The notes under the pieces are model-generated. The model worked only from the letters and a program-made list of their open reading frames with translations, made no database searches and was not told the origin of the DNA. From NCBI RefSeq assembly GCF_048593235.1, contig NC_133620.1, positions 296,127,765 to 296,191,764 of the forward strand: 64,000 bases of DNA. The letters run 5' to 3'. The stretch comes from Sminthopsis crassicaudata. Taxonomy: Eukaryota. Both the position numbers and the translations under genes were made by a program. This document shows, piece by piece, positions 22,785-35,399 of the stretch (the stretch's first letter is position 1; every line of letters begins with the position of its first letter).

Positions 22785-24081
22785 CCCTAAGGCTTTGAAT
22801 CCAGGTCCCAAAAAGGCTCTCTTTAAAAAATAGAATCTTAAAAAGACAGAACCCCCAGGATCTCAGAATTCCTGATTAGCTAGAAAGTAATCTCAGGGTT
22901 ATATAGGCTGAGCTTCTGTCCTGGATGTAGAAATATAAACTTAGTTTCAGGTTTCTTTTCCCTAGTTCCCACCCCCAAAATCTGAGGTTCCAAGTAACTC
23001 ACCTCCGTTCCCCTGTGTGCCACACCTCATGCTTGGTCCGGTATTCAGCCAGGGCAAACACCTTTTCACAGTAGCGGCAGGGATATTTCCTCCTCCATGA
23101 GTGCACATTACTATGCCGCTTCAGACTCGAGAGGGTCACATAGGAGCGTTCACAAGCCCCACAGACATACAGCACATGACCACCCACTACCTTCACCACA
23201 TGCTCTGGACCCCCTCGAAAACTTGTGCTGGGGGAAACAGATGAATTTCGGATTGTTTCTGGGCTCTCTTCCTGGGAGCCTCCATCCCCTTGCCCACCTA
23301 CTGTTCCCCGAGTCCCTGTCCCTCGCCTACACTGGGCCTCATGTGTCTGCAACCGTTTAGCATGGATAAAATTTTTCCCACAGCGAGGGCAGGGAAGAGA
23401 CCGCCGGGGTAGGGAAGTCTGAGATGTAGGGACTTCACTTCCACTCCCCTGCCACTCCTTTGAAGGCCCAGTGGCAAAACTATCAATCTCAGGTGGACCT
23501 GGGGGCGGTGGAGCAGGAGGAACCCAAGCATCCCCATTTTCACTGAGTCCCTGAAGTCGTGAGATCCCTAGTCGCCGTCCCAAAGCCCCAATTTCTGCCA
23601 TAGCTGCCCCGTCCCCACCACCTCCAGGCAGCGCCAGTCGGGCACTGTAGATGAAATTGAGGACGTCAGAGAAGGCGGCTGCTGGGACTCCTGGCAATTC
23701 TAGAACCCGGGGTGGGTGTGAAGCTGTAGGAGAGGAGGATGGTGGAGGTGGAGAGGAGGAGGAAGAAGAAAAGGAAAAGGAAGAGGAAGAAGAAGAAGAG
23801 GAGGAGGAAGAGGAGGAGGAAGAGGAGGCGGAAGCAGAAGAAGCAGAAGGGTTTGGGGCAGGGTCCCTTGTCTCAGGTGGCAGTGGTGATGGAGCTTGAG
23901 CTAGCAAGGCCTCTCTGAAGAAGGGGCTGGAGGCAGCCAGGACACTTCGATGAGCAGGGAATTTGGTGTCGCCAGCAATGAGGGTGACGTCACAGAAGAG
24001 GCCACGGAGACGCTGTTCATTGAGTTGGTGCAGCACAGCTGGGGCATGGGACGGGTCTGTCACCTCTGCAGGAGGGGGCAT
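20580..24081 (-). CDS. ZBTB4: ZBTB4 (Kaiso-family methyl-CpG-binding BTB zinc-finger protein); complement(join(20580..22538,23003..24081)), with two frameshifts at homopolymers (about 22261-22268 and 21885-21894)
   Basis: MPPPAEVTDPSHAP..FCDVTLIAGDTKFPAHRSVLAASSPFF, Ser-rich BTB insertion, Kaiso-like fingers (KVFALAEYRTKHEVWH), YTAPPRPPKKREY, acidic tract, two further C2H2 fingers, C-terminus QKGDVG*. Removing one base from each run gives 1011 aa; adding two to each gives 1013 aa. Confidence 0.95.
22747..22783. repeat. (AC)18 microsatellite within a MIR-like fragment in the ZBTB4 last intron
   Basis: Directly visible. Confidence 0.95.
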
Positions 24082-24968
24082 GGCGCCAGCCTGCAGAGGG
24101 AAGAGGGAAGGGCAAAGAAGATTCAATCTAGGGTTGAAGGAAGCTGTCCAGAAGGTTTTGGGACAATGGGGGAGAGGATGAGTTAAATCAGAGAGGGATA
24201 GGATACCAGGGGATCCAGGAATAGAGCCAAGGGTATGGAGATAGCAATCAATTGTAATAAACTGGGGAAATTAAATGTCAAGAAGGAAGAAAGGTCAAAT
24301 TTAATGGAAAATAAATTGGAAAAGGTCAAATGTTGTGAATCAAAGGGCAAATGGGAGGGGGAGAAGTTCCCTGAAGCATCTGGTCAAAGGTGAAGAATCA
24401 AATTTCCAACATTGGGGGGTCCAAGAAACCAAAGTAGACAGGCTGATGGTTATATGAAAGTCTAATTCCCTTATAGAAGAAGTTCAAAGAAGTTAAATAG
24501 TTTGCCCATGATCACACAATTAGCAAGCAGCAAAAACAGGATTTGAACTCAGGACTTTTGACAAATCCAGTATTCTTTAAATATTTAAAATATTTAAATG
24601 CAGTTATTAGGATGTTGGTCAGAAAGAGAGGGTGTTTAGAGAGGCTAAGTAGTTGAAATAGTCAAGAGTTCGTGAAGTCACAAGGGATGAGGGTCAAGGA
24701 GGGCAATGACAATCAAAAGCCATGGAGGTCAGAGAATAAGGGAAAATATGAATATCTGAAATCACAATTATTTGGTGATAGGAATAATAAATAAGAAGTT
24801 TCAATGACCCTCATTTTGTATAACTCTCTAATCCTTAGACAAAATACTCATTTGCCCATTTGGCACAGTGTTCCTCGCCTACACCAATTCCCTATCCAAA
24901 TTCAAGGTCTTATAGCAGGATTATATGCCCACTTCCTTGTCTTGAAACTCCCCCATCATAGCCTTTAC

Positions 24969-25027
24969 CTGAGGGAGAGGTCAACATGGAGTGAAGGGGG
25001 TAGTTCCTTCAGCCTGGTCTCAATTTT
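24969..25027 (-). other. ZBTB4: Candidate 59-nt non-coding (5' UTR) exon of ZBTB4
   Basis: Minus strand has a strong acceptor TTTTTTCATCTGTTTATTTTTCCACAG| and donor CAG|GTAAAG. Confidence 0.65.
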
Positions 25028-26959
25028 CTGTGGAAAAATAAACAGATGAAAAAATCAATGGAATCTTATGGAAGATGGCAGGGGAGCAGAGAATGAAAGG
25101 GCAGAAGCTACAGAATGGGTGAGGGGAAGGGATGATCAAAGTAGACAGGCTGGTTCATTTTTGAACTTTCCTTTCTACAAAGGTAGCTCCAGCCAGGTCA
25201 TTTGCATGACCTATAAAACTGATATTTGGCCCCAAAGAAATAAGACAATTCATTTGTAGAGTCTCATTATTAATCAAAAGTTTTGAAGACAGTTCATTTG
25301 CATTCTGTAAAATTATTGGCCTAAAGAAGTCTAGTCTATTAATTCCCATATTACCATCTCATTGCCCTATAATGATTCACCTATACAGCCCAAATTGATT
25401 TACACAATGCTAACCAAGTATTAAAGAAAACTTGAGATCTATATGATGCCTTTAATATAATAGGTTCCTTTAAATATCAAAGATGATTGGTAATCTTTCC
25501 CATAAGTCCCTTCCAGTTCTAGAATTCTATGGTTCCAGGTTTCAGTTGGCTGTTTCTCAATACCCAATTATGAGATTTAAAGCTGATGTTCACATAAACC
25601 ACAAAGCTAGAAACTTTTTCTACCATAAAGATTTTCATAATAGGGCAATCAGTAAATTTCAGTTCAGTTATTCTCTACTCTTCCCAAAGATACAATTTCA
25701 AGTCTGATATAAGTCTGGTTCTTACTCCATTATCAAGTACTCTGATAGATTACACACACCTGCAAATCCATATACTCTTTATTTCATAGAGATATAGGGG
25801 AGGAACTACTTTGGGTTCTAATCTTGGATCTGTCACTTATAATAAACAGCTTTATGATGTTGACTATACAAAATAATACCTGCCCTTACTACATTAAGAT
25901 TCCGTGAAAACTTAAGATTCTGTGAACACCACATAAACTTGAAACATAATGATCCCTTATGTGCTATAATACTTATTATGAAAAATGCTTTCATACAAAT
26001 GATCTTATTCAATCCTCACAAGGAGGGTTTATTATGTCCATTTTACATATAATCAAACTGAGGTCCAGGATCAAATACCTACTAAGTGGTAGAATTCTGG
26101 GCTAGAATTCAGTCCAGAGCTCGCTCATTCGCTCTCACTGAGACATACTGTCTTTATACAAATATCTTTTGGAAGTCTTTTAAACATCCTCATATACAAT
26201 TTCTCTAATGTACATATACACACTTAAAATACTCCCTGAATATGTTTGTTTGCAGCTTTTTGCACATTTGTTAAATTAAATGTTAAAAATTAGAAACTCC
26301 TTATAAAACATATGAATACATACACACACACATACCCTCACACACACACACATCTTCTCATAAACAGCCTAGTCTTCTCTAGTCTCTTTCAAGAGAGACA
26401 TAACACTTTTAGATGGGAAAAGAAAGACAGAAAAGCATCGAAAGAATAGGACAAGAAAAGAGAACAAACCCTTAATTAGTAGAGGAGCAGAGACAGAGGC
26501 ACTTAGATATATCAATATTAGATTATCCTCGCAAAGATTTCATATTATATCTCTCTCTTAGTGCCTAAAACAGCTTAAGCTCTACACATTACATACTTCA
26601 AAAATATTTATTGAATAAATGCTATATTGACTTGGAGATTTTTATGTTACAAAATGTTCCATTTGACCTTCACTAACAATTCTGAGACAGGTAGTACGTT
26701 ATTATGCCCATTTTACAGATTAGGAAACTAACAACTGGATAAATTAAATGACTTGGCCAAGGTCACAGATCTGGTACATGTTAAAGCCATGAATAAAATC
26801 CAAGTCTAAATCTAAATATAGTAGGGGAGTTTTCCATACTTTCACTCACACAGAAAAAGATTATGTATGTGAATGCTTATCAAGTTTATCTTCTCTATAT
26901 TCCTTTGGAAGCAGGTATTACCCGAATTTCCACCTTATTATAAATAGCCATCATCACCT

Positions 26960-28135
26960 TCACATATTTTGATAGGTATGCAATGTGTTAATGGGACAGG
27001 GATACCACTGTTCCTATCTTTGGGCAAATTGAGTTTTTGTGGGCCTGAGTATAATTTTCTTCACCTGAAAAATACTTGTACCATCTGTCAGGCATTTGAG
27101 TCAAGGGGAAAACAATTAATAGGTCTTAAATTCTTAAGTGTGTCTGGGACCTCATCAAAGGTGGATACTCCCTCTACAAGTATAAAATACAATCCATCCA
27201 TGTTTTTTCATTTCTGGTCCATACTGTTCATGTAAATCTACCACAAAAAGACCTAGGCAATATATTGGAGGTATTCAGTCTTTCAATCTTCCATAGATAC
27301 CAGTGTAGCATTAGGTTTCCTATTTATAACTCCTACAAACAAAATAGGCCTTTAAAAAGACATGATTTAATGTGCAATTTGGAAGTAGTAAAAATTGTTT
27401 CAATTATTCTCAATTTTCAGTTCCTCCATTAGAATGTGAAATCACTGAAAGCAGGGATTGCTTTTTTTCTTTGAATCCCAAATGCTCAGCACAATACCTG
27501 GCAAATAGAAGGTGCTTAGTTTACTGGTGACTATTCAATGTTGCCCTATTTCTCTGAGATATATTAACTGATGGACTAACTGAATATAATTGAAGTATAT
27601 ATCATAAATATTCTTACCCACGTGGCTTTTCCTACGTAATTTGTTAGGCAACTTTGAATCTCAATAAGAATTCCGTTCTTTAGTGTAGAGGGCCAGAACT
27701 CTGAAAAGTGTACTTGAATCTAGGTCACCATGGTGCTTATAGTTAAGCATATACTTAGTACTTCGTATGGTGATATAAAAGTTGTGCACACTCAGTGTGT
27801 TGTAGTGATGTAATCATGTTGAGGTATTTAAGGGAGTCTCAGACACAGAAGACTGACTCTTCTCAGCCACAGCTCTCTTAGCCACAGACACAAGACTTCA
27901 GATTCCATCTTTGACCAGCTACATGGTAGCTGTCCTGACTCCTTCACTCCCCCACTACAACCAAGGACTTGAGCTGATCTCAAGATCCTCCAGAGAACTA
28001 GCTGGGACATTACACTCTAGTATTTTGGGACAAGCTACAATCAATACAATGTCATTTGTAAACAGGAACATCTGGAGGTCTTTACCATCTATAAGGAATC
28101 CCTCCTCTTCCATTTGAACTCTTCCCAGGATATCC
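26960..28135 (-). mobile_element. Fragmented RTE-clade LINE (reverse transcriptase region), interrupted by other repeats
   Basis: Minus-strand translation EDILGRVQMEEEGFLIDGKDLQMFLFTNDIVLI is a decayed FADD motif. A further RTE-like segment GPEMKKHGWIVF lies near 27200. Confidence 0.7.
27796..28014 (-). mobile_element. Short solo LTR inserted in the RTE fragment
   Basis: TG...CA termini (TGTGTTGTAG ... GGGACATTACA) and an imperfect 5-bp flanking duplication CTCAG/CTCTA. It interrupts RTE-like sequence. Confidence 0.5.
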
Positions 28136-31098
28136 TCTATAATCAGCAAATAACTTTAGCAAGTATACATTATTTTCCTGCTTTATCTTTTGATTGTATG
28201 ACCCGTATAATCAAAGGAACACGAATTCATCTCTGTTTCATCTATCTTGTGATCTTGTATCACCTTAATATATACATGAAAAGCAATTTTTGGAGTAGAG
28301 CATCAAGGATGCAATTTGCTTTGCCATGTAAAATGTTCTAATTAAAAAAATTTAAAAATAAGTGCAATGGGGTCTGTGTTCTGTCTTTGTGTGGTTATGA
28401 AAATGTCATCTTACTAAGAACTCTGCATATTTTTCCTGCTTTTAAAAATGATTTATATATTTTTAATAAGTGATAATTTTAATGTTTTTTCTATTATCCC
28501 CAAGTGAACGTTTCTTTTTTAAAAAGTCTCCAGAATAAGAAAGAATATAAACTTAAAGAACTTAATAAAAAGCTATACAATTTATCAAAACAAAGTCTTA
28601 CATTAGCCATGTCTGAAAATATATGCCTCTTTCTACGTTTACATTCATGACCTCTCTCAGGTAAGAGTTGTGTTTTATCTTCATTCTTTTTAGCCTCATA
28701 GTTCATCACTTCATTGATCAGTGTTCTAAATTTTTTCAAAGAACAATATTATCATATAAATTGTTCTCCTAGTTTTTCCTTCACTCTATATCCATAGTTC
28801 TTTACATTTTCCTCTGAATTTGTCCATCATTTCATACAGCACAATAATATTCATATCCAATTCAATAAAATTAGATATTCCCTCTTGGTGGACATTCTTT
28901 TAATTTCCAAGTAATTGGCTCCCATGAAGAGAGAGAGCTACTATAAATGTTTTTGTATATTTATTTTTTCTCTTTAATGTTTTTGTGATATAAGATACAG
29001 ATGTTTCAAAAAATGTGCAGAGTTTAGTAATTTGGGGGGCTTCCAAATTGTTAAAGCCCTATATAAACATATTTGTATTAATTCTTGCTGTGCCACTAAT
29101 TTATGTAACCTTGAACAAATTACCTCTACTCTCTAAGGCTCAACTTCACTTGTAAGAGATTAGCCTAATGATCTCTAAATTTTCTTCCAGCTCTAAATCT
29201 ACAAGGAATCTGAATTTCTTCAACCTAATTTATCATATGGATCTGTGATTAATCATATCCTACTTGGGCTTTCCTTCTCTATCTTCTAATATCCATAATT
29301 ACTAGCCTGTTTCTTGACTCTTTACCAGAGGAAATTGCATGAGGAAGAGAAATTTTAACTACTCTCTTATCAACTCTAGGTAAAAGGCTGAAGAGGGGTG
29401 GGGGAACATGTGGGACTGGTAGTGGAATGCAATATATGGAATGATATTGGCTTAAAAGTAGCTTTCAAAATTTCAAGTTCCTTTAGCCTTCTCCCTGTTT
29501 CCCTCCCCACTTTTCCCAAGTAAGGTATATGAGATGAAAACCAATATACAAAAGGCATTAAAATAATTGCTCCTGACATTTAGTTCAAATGCTGGTTCAT
29601 GTGACCTTGAGTCAAGTCACTGTGTCTGAGCCTTAGTTTCCTCATCTGTAAAACTAGAGGAATATTACTAGAAGTTCCTACTATGTTCCATGATATAGTA
29701 TTTTACAAATAACATTCTCCTTGCAATAGGCAATTTAAGTATTACAGCCATTTTGTGAAGGAAAAAATAAACGTGTTCTTGTCATGGTATGAAGCCATTT
29801 TGCTAGTTTCACCAGAATTTAGCAGTGCCTTATAAGGCATAGAGTGAAGTCTCCCAAAGAGATAACTAAGATTAGTGAATTTTTAAAAAGGAGGCAGAGG
29901 TGAAAATATGGAAAACTAGAAAGGTATTCATATTAGAGCCACCAGGGAAGAATTGGCACAGAACCTTTGTTCTATGTGCAGAGAGAGATAGGATAAATTG
30001 CCAACTTCAAGCCAGCTCAATTTGATTCTATTTACCACTTTTCCTCATGATGACAGCTGTTGTTTGGTGCCTACTTATCTTCCTTACCATAAACAAAAAC
30101 CTACTAAGCACCTACTGTGATCTGGGCACCTTAATATTCTGAAAATACAAATATGAAGCCTGGGAGTAGTCAAAGTTTTGTGGAAGAGATGGTACTAAAA
30201 TTAGATCTTGAAGGGTAGGATTAAGACTAAGAGGTGAGGAAAGCGGGCCATATTGTTGGCAGAGGCTGCAAAGCCCTTCCAAACTTGGCTCTATCCTACT
30301 TTTTGAGCAAGCCTTATTACACTGCGCCATGCACCTACAATCCAGCTAAACCTGATCTCATCCTTCTCACAAATGAGTCATCTTCTCCCATCTCTGTCTA
30401 CTAGCTGTCCCCATCTCCCACCTGTGTCTTAAAATTCTTATCTTCCTTCAAAGTTCTACTCAAATACTACTTCCTATATGACACCTTTCTTGATTTTCCC
30501 AGCTAATTTACCTGTGTAATTCTAATTTAGTTACAGACACTTTCGGATATTGTTACCATAGGAAATAGGATCTTGTTGGGTAGTTACAGTTTAAGTGTCA
30601 TTTAGAGTTAACTTATATCTGAGAGAGACTGAGAGTTACCAAGAGAGACCATCTTTCCTGAAAGACTGAGTTAGTCAATATTTTTGTGGAAAATTATAGA
30701 AACATTTTGAGAGAATTTTGTTTTAACTCATTCTGTGTTTAACTCATCTACACCCTGATAAGATACTGTCCTTTTGGGAGAGCTGAATGGTGGGACTCTG
30801 TTTCCAATGTCAGTAAAAAACCCAGCAGCTACAGATGATCTTATTTTCTTAGAGCAGATATATTGTTGAAAAATCTAAATATGTTTTTTTCATTGTTAAT
30901 CACTTAATAAATTGAATAGGCAATAGCATTGATATTTAAGCAAGCCTATGAGAGAGAGAAAGGAACAAGAAAAGGAAGAAGAGGGGAGGGAGGGGAAGAG
31001 AAGGAAAGCTTATGGGAAAAGAGTTTTATCCAATTTATAAACTGTGGTAGAGGTTCAGAAAGAATTAATGATATGCATTTCTATTAATTTATAAGCAA

Positions 31099-31241
31099 GG
31101 GGCAGCTAGTTGGTGTAGTGGATAGAGCACCAGCCCTGAAGTCAGGGAGACCTGAGTTCAAATATGTCCAAAGATACATAATACTTCCTAATTGTGTGAC
31201 CCTGAGCAAGTTACTTAACCCCAATTGCCTCAGGGGGAAAA
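31099..31241 (+). mobile_element. WSINE1-like SINE with 10-bp TSD
   Basis: GGGGCAGCTAGTTGGTGTAGTGGATAGAGCACCAGCCCTGAAGTCAGG..., flanked by TTATAAGCAA at 31089-31098 and 31242-31251. Confidence 0.85.
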
Positions 31242-32266
31242 TTATAAGCAAATAAATCTTTGATTGCCTTAAAGAGTAAAGAAATGAGCCAGTAGTAGTT
31301 ACTGGCATGGTAGTTGATAATCATATCATAATGTATTACAAAGCTAATCTAACTTCACTCGGGCTATCCAAGAGTTGTTACACCTAAATTTATTACATTT
31401 TTTATTTGTTTTGCACATATTTTGTTTATACTTATGTGTAATTCATATTTTATCTCCTCATAGAATGTATTGTTGGGCCTTTGGCATAATATTATGCTCC
31501 TTAAGGGAAGTAAATGATTTATTTTCATTTTTTTATACCCATAGTATTTAATGTGCTGATTTACTGATTGAAAGTATGCTTTGTAAAAGAGAATTTTTTA
31601 AATTGGTCCTTAAAGGACAGAGTACTTAAAACTGGGAGAGATGGTAATGACAGTAAGAAAGTACTGAAGAAAAAAGAAAATGATTAAGAAAGCAAAGATT
31701 TATTATAAGCAAAGTCTCTGATGACATTTTGAAGTTTTCTTCCTAGGATAGGGATGCCTGAATGGGGATTGGTGCTGGAAGTCTCTATGACAGATATAGA
31801 CTAAGGCACATACTTTCATGTGCAAGTTAGTAAAATCTTAGACTTATATATAATATTTAAAACATTACAAGACCTTTTCATAATATTTTGTCTCATTTTA
31901 CCTTCACAAAAACTTTGCTGCAGTTGGTAAGCAAGGCTTTATTATCCCTATTTTATAATTGGGTAAGTGGCTTATTTATAGTTAAACAGCTACCAAGTAA
32001 GAACTAAGTCTCCTGAGTCAGTGCAAGTCCTGTGCTTTTCCTCTTCTACACTACATTGGTTCATACAGCTGTTCACATTCAAGATACTCTTCTCCTATAG
32101 GCATACCAAGTACACATTCATACTCACATTGCAGATTTGCCCCAACATATCCTCTCCAACATCTGTCCCAAGATACATGTACACCATTATTTAGAGACAC
32201 ATCAAATGTGTCTAAACCCAGATATCACCACATACACTTTCATACATGCCTTTCATGACCCATCAT

Positions 32267-32267
<1 letters not shown>

Positions 32268-32312
<45 letters not shown>
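32268..32312. repeat. (TC)n-(CA)n compound microsatellite
   Basis: Directly visible. Confidence 0.9.
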
Positions 32313-32316
<4 letters not shown>

Positions 32317-35300
32317 TCTCATTATAAACCACTCCCACAGTACATATATAATTAAATGAGGAAGACCAATCCAAAGACCCAAAATACATACTCTAATCAG
32401 GAAGTGAATTCCCTTTCCTGTCCCTAAATGCTCAAGATTATGGCTCATTATTTTTCAGAAGAGACTTTATAGACACAAAGTAAGATAGTCACAGAGTTAA
32501 AAGGAACTAGAAAACTTCAATTCTGTGTCCTCCACTTTGATATAAACTGCGTATGCTTATGAACCCAGAGGCCTACAAATACTAACATACATACATACAT
32601 GCACACATATACTCCCCCATCTCTCCCCCTTATCCCAACCTCAAACTTCCTTTCCAACTTTCTTTCTCCAAAATCCACTGGTCTTCACCAGCTGAGAGGC
32701 CCGAATATACATAACAGTCCCAATAGTATGTACACAGGTAAGTTTGGGAGCACTTTATATACAAAGGTAATACTATAGTCACATGAATAACACTTAGCTC
32801 TATTTCATTGTTTCCCTTATACACATATCTTATGTTTGAACAGCATTCTTTAAAAACATACACACACATATTCTCACACCAAAAGGAAAGAATAATACAA
32901 CAAAGAGATATATACAAAACTTAGCCCAAAAAGCACTTCCCAAAGAAGCACACACCCAAACCAACCTAATTACTTTCCTTCTCCAAATGAATATCTATCA
33001 ACCAACAAGCATTTATTAAATTCCTATTCTGTATCAGAACTGTGCTGTAGCACCTACCTCCACAATGGAGATATAAAGATAAAAAGTTTACTTTAATAGG
33101 AGGAGATACTATACCCATATAGAACATACAAAATAAAGCGGGGGGGGGGGAGGGGGAGTACAAGTTAATGTCTGTCTTTTGGCCTAAAAACATTCTTCCA
33201 TGTCAGATGAGACAATATAGAAGGTGGTACTTGAATTGAGTTTTGAAACAAATTAAGGATTGAAGCATCATAAATGAGGAAGGAGTGAATTACAGGCATA
33301 TAAGGGGTTAAGTGGCATTTCTAACTAGAAAAGCTCCAGATCTGTGTTTCTATTTCTAATATCAGTCTCTTTCCTGAACTCTAATTTTATGCCAATAACT
33401 TCTGGCCATTTCAAAGTGAATGTTAAGTAGATATCTCAAATGCAACACAGCCTATTCAGGAGCAAGGTATAATGGTAGAATACTGGACCTGAAGTCAAGA
33501 AAAACTTGGGTTCAAATCTTACTTCAACTACTTATCTCTGTGACCCTGTGAGAGCTCTTGCTTCAGTGAACTCTCATCTGTAAAATGAGAAGGGTTGGTT
33601 TTAATGGCCTCACAGTCACTTCTAGCTCTCTATCTATGAACCTATGTCCAAAATCATAATCTTCCAAGTTCCCATTCAAAATTCATCCCCATTCTGACCT
33701 TCACAATTTTGTTGAAGACATTATCTTTCTAGTCATTCAGATATGCAACCTCAGTGTCCAACTTCTTACTCTTATTCACTTCACATATCCAAAATGTTGC
33801 AAAGAATCATTGTGTTATCACAATATCTCTCCATTATATTTTCTTTCCACTCCCACAGCCTGGTAGCCCTAGTCCAGGCCCTCCTCAACTGTCTCCTAAA
33901 CTACTGTAATAGCTTTCTAGCCAGACTATCTGCTTTAAAACTCTTCCATTCACATACAATTTTTCCAGGCCTATTATTTCCCTCCACAAATCTTAAACTA
34001 TAGCTTAACTGATTTTGCTGTCCCATACCCACAAGATATTTCCTTTCTCTACACTCTTTTATTATCCCCTTTGCTCATGCACTCCCCACCTCATTTCTCC
34101 CACTTCTTACGATCTCTAGTTTCAAAATTCATTTCAAATGCCACCTATATATTTTATATATACTTACACAAACATACATATTATCTCCTCTCTTTGGTCC
34201 TCGATGGCAGACTAGCTTTTTTTTTTTTTCTATATATATCTAGAGGATAGTGTCTATGTGCTTAGCACATAGAGATAGTTAATAAATGCTTGTTGATTGA
34301 GTTGGTAAAATAAAATAAACTCACTGGGATAAGTCACCTTTCTAAACTTCAGTCTCCTTATCTATAAATTGGGAATAACCCTTTTATATATCTCATTAAA
34401 CTTCTGAGAAGTGCAAATGAAATAATATATATTATCTCACTTGGCAAACCATAAAGTTCTGTGTACCTAGCAAACATTATTTTCATCCTAGGTATATCAA
34501 TTATACTACAAGGGGACATATATGATAAGAACACACAAACACAACAAATAATAAATGCGTACTTCCTAGGAGCACAGAATCACAACACGTCTATCTCATC
34601 ACACAGAATATCACACGACATAATCCAACATTCCAAAGTGGTTCAAGTATTACTTTGCGCAAGTTTTTCAATTTCCTGACTACAATATGTAAGATTTATA
34701 TTTACATATGACTAAAACAGGAGACACTGAGCAAGGAGGGAGATCATATAGTGCCAGGAAAAGCACTATGGTGGAATTAAAGGAAGTTGTTTGAATATTG
34801 ACTCGTTGATTTATTTCCTGATCCTGGACAACTTATCTGAATCAATAAACCTTTATTAAATGCCAGATACTGTACTTAACCTCTCTGAGTCTAGGTATAC
34901 TTATTTGAAAATTATTAAGTTGGGCTAGATGACCTCTAAAGTCCCTTCTAATTGTAGATCCTTGATTTTATGTACTTATGTACTCACGGAGAGAGAAATC
35001 AAACAAGGCATACATTGCAGTCAGTCAAACACGTAGCTATGAGACATACATATATATATACATGGTAATATAGCAACATCATAGTCTCTCTATAACAAAC
35101 TATGTTTGATAACGTCACTTATACTGACCCACGTAATATAGCCACGAAGCACTCTACACAACTTCACCCTCCCCACTCGTAGCGAGAGGTAGGAAAGAGG
35201 GTGAATAGACCCCTCCCCCCAGCCTATACCTCTTCCCAACCCAACAAATCTTAAGAGCCCAGAAGAAAACAACTCAAGAGTCACCGTACACTCCCAGCCA

Positions 35301-35399
35301 CCATACATCCTTAACATCCCAGTCGAAAAGACCCCCACAGCTTACTAGCCTTTTATCCCCCTACATCACAACTCCAATCCTAGGCTCTTAACTCTGCAT

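Noticed and set aside
22747-22850. TDP-43-repressed cryptic exon beside the (UG)18 in the ZBTB4 intron
   Set aside because: Candidate splice sites are weak, and nothing in the sequence supports use.
23651-23899. Plus-strand poly-Glu ORF
   Set aside because: It is the antisense mirror of the ZBTB4 poly-Ser tract, with no independent splice or promoter evidence.
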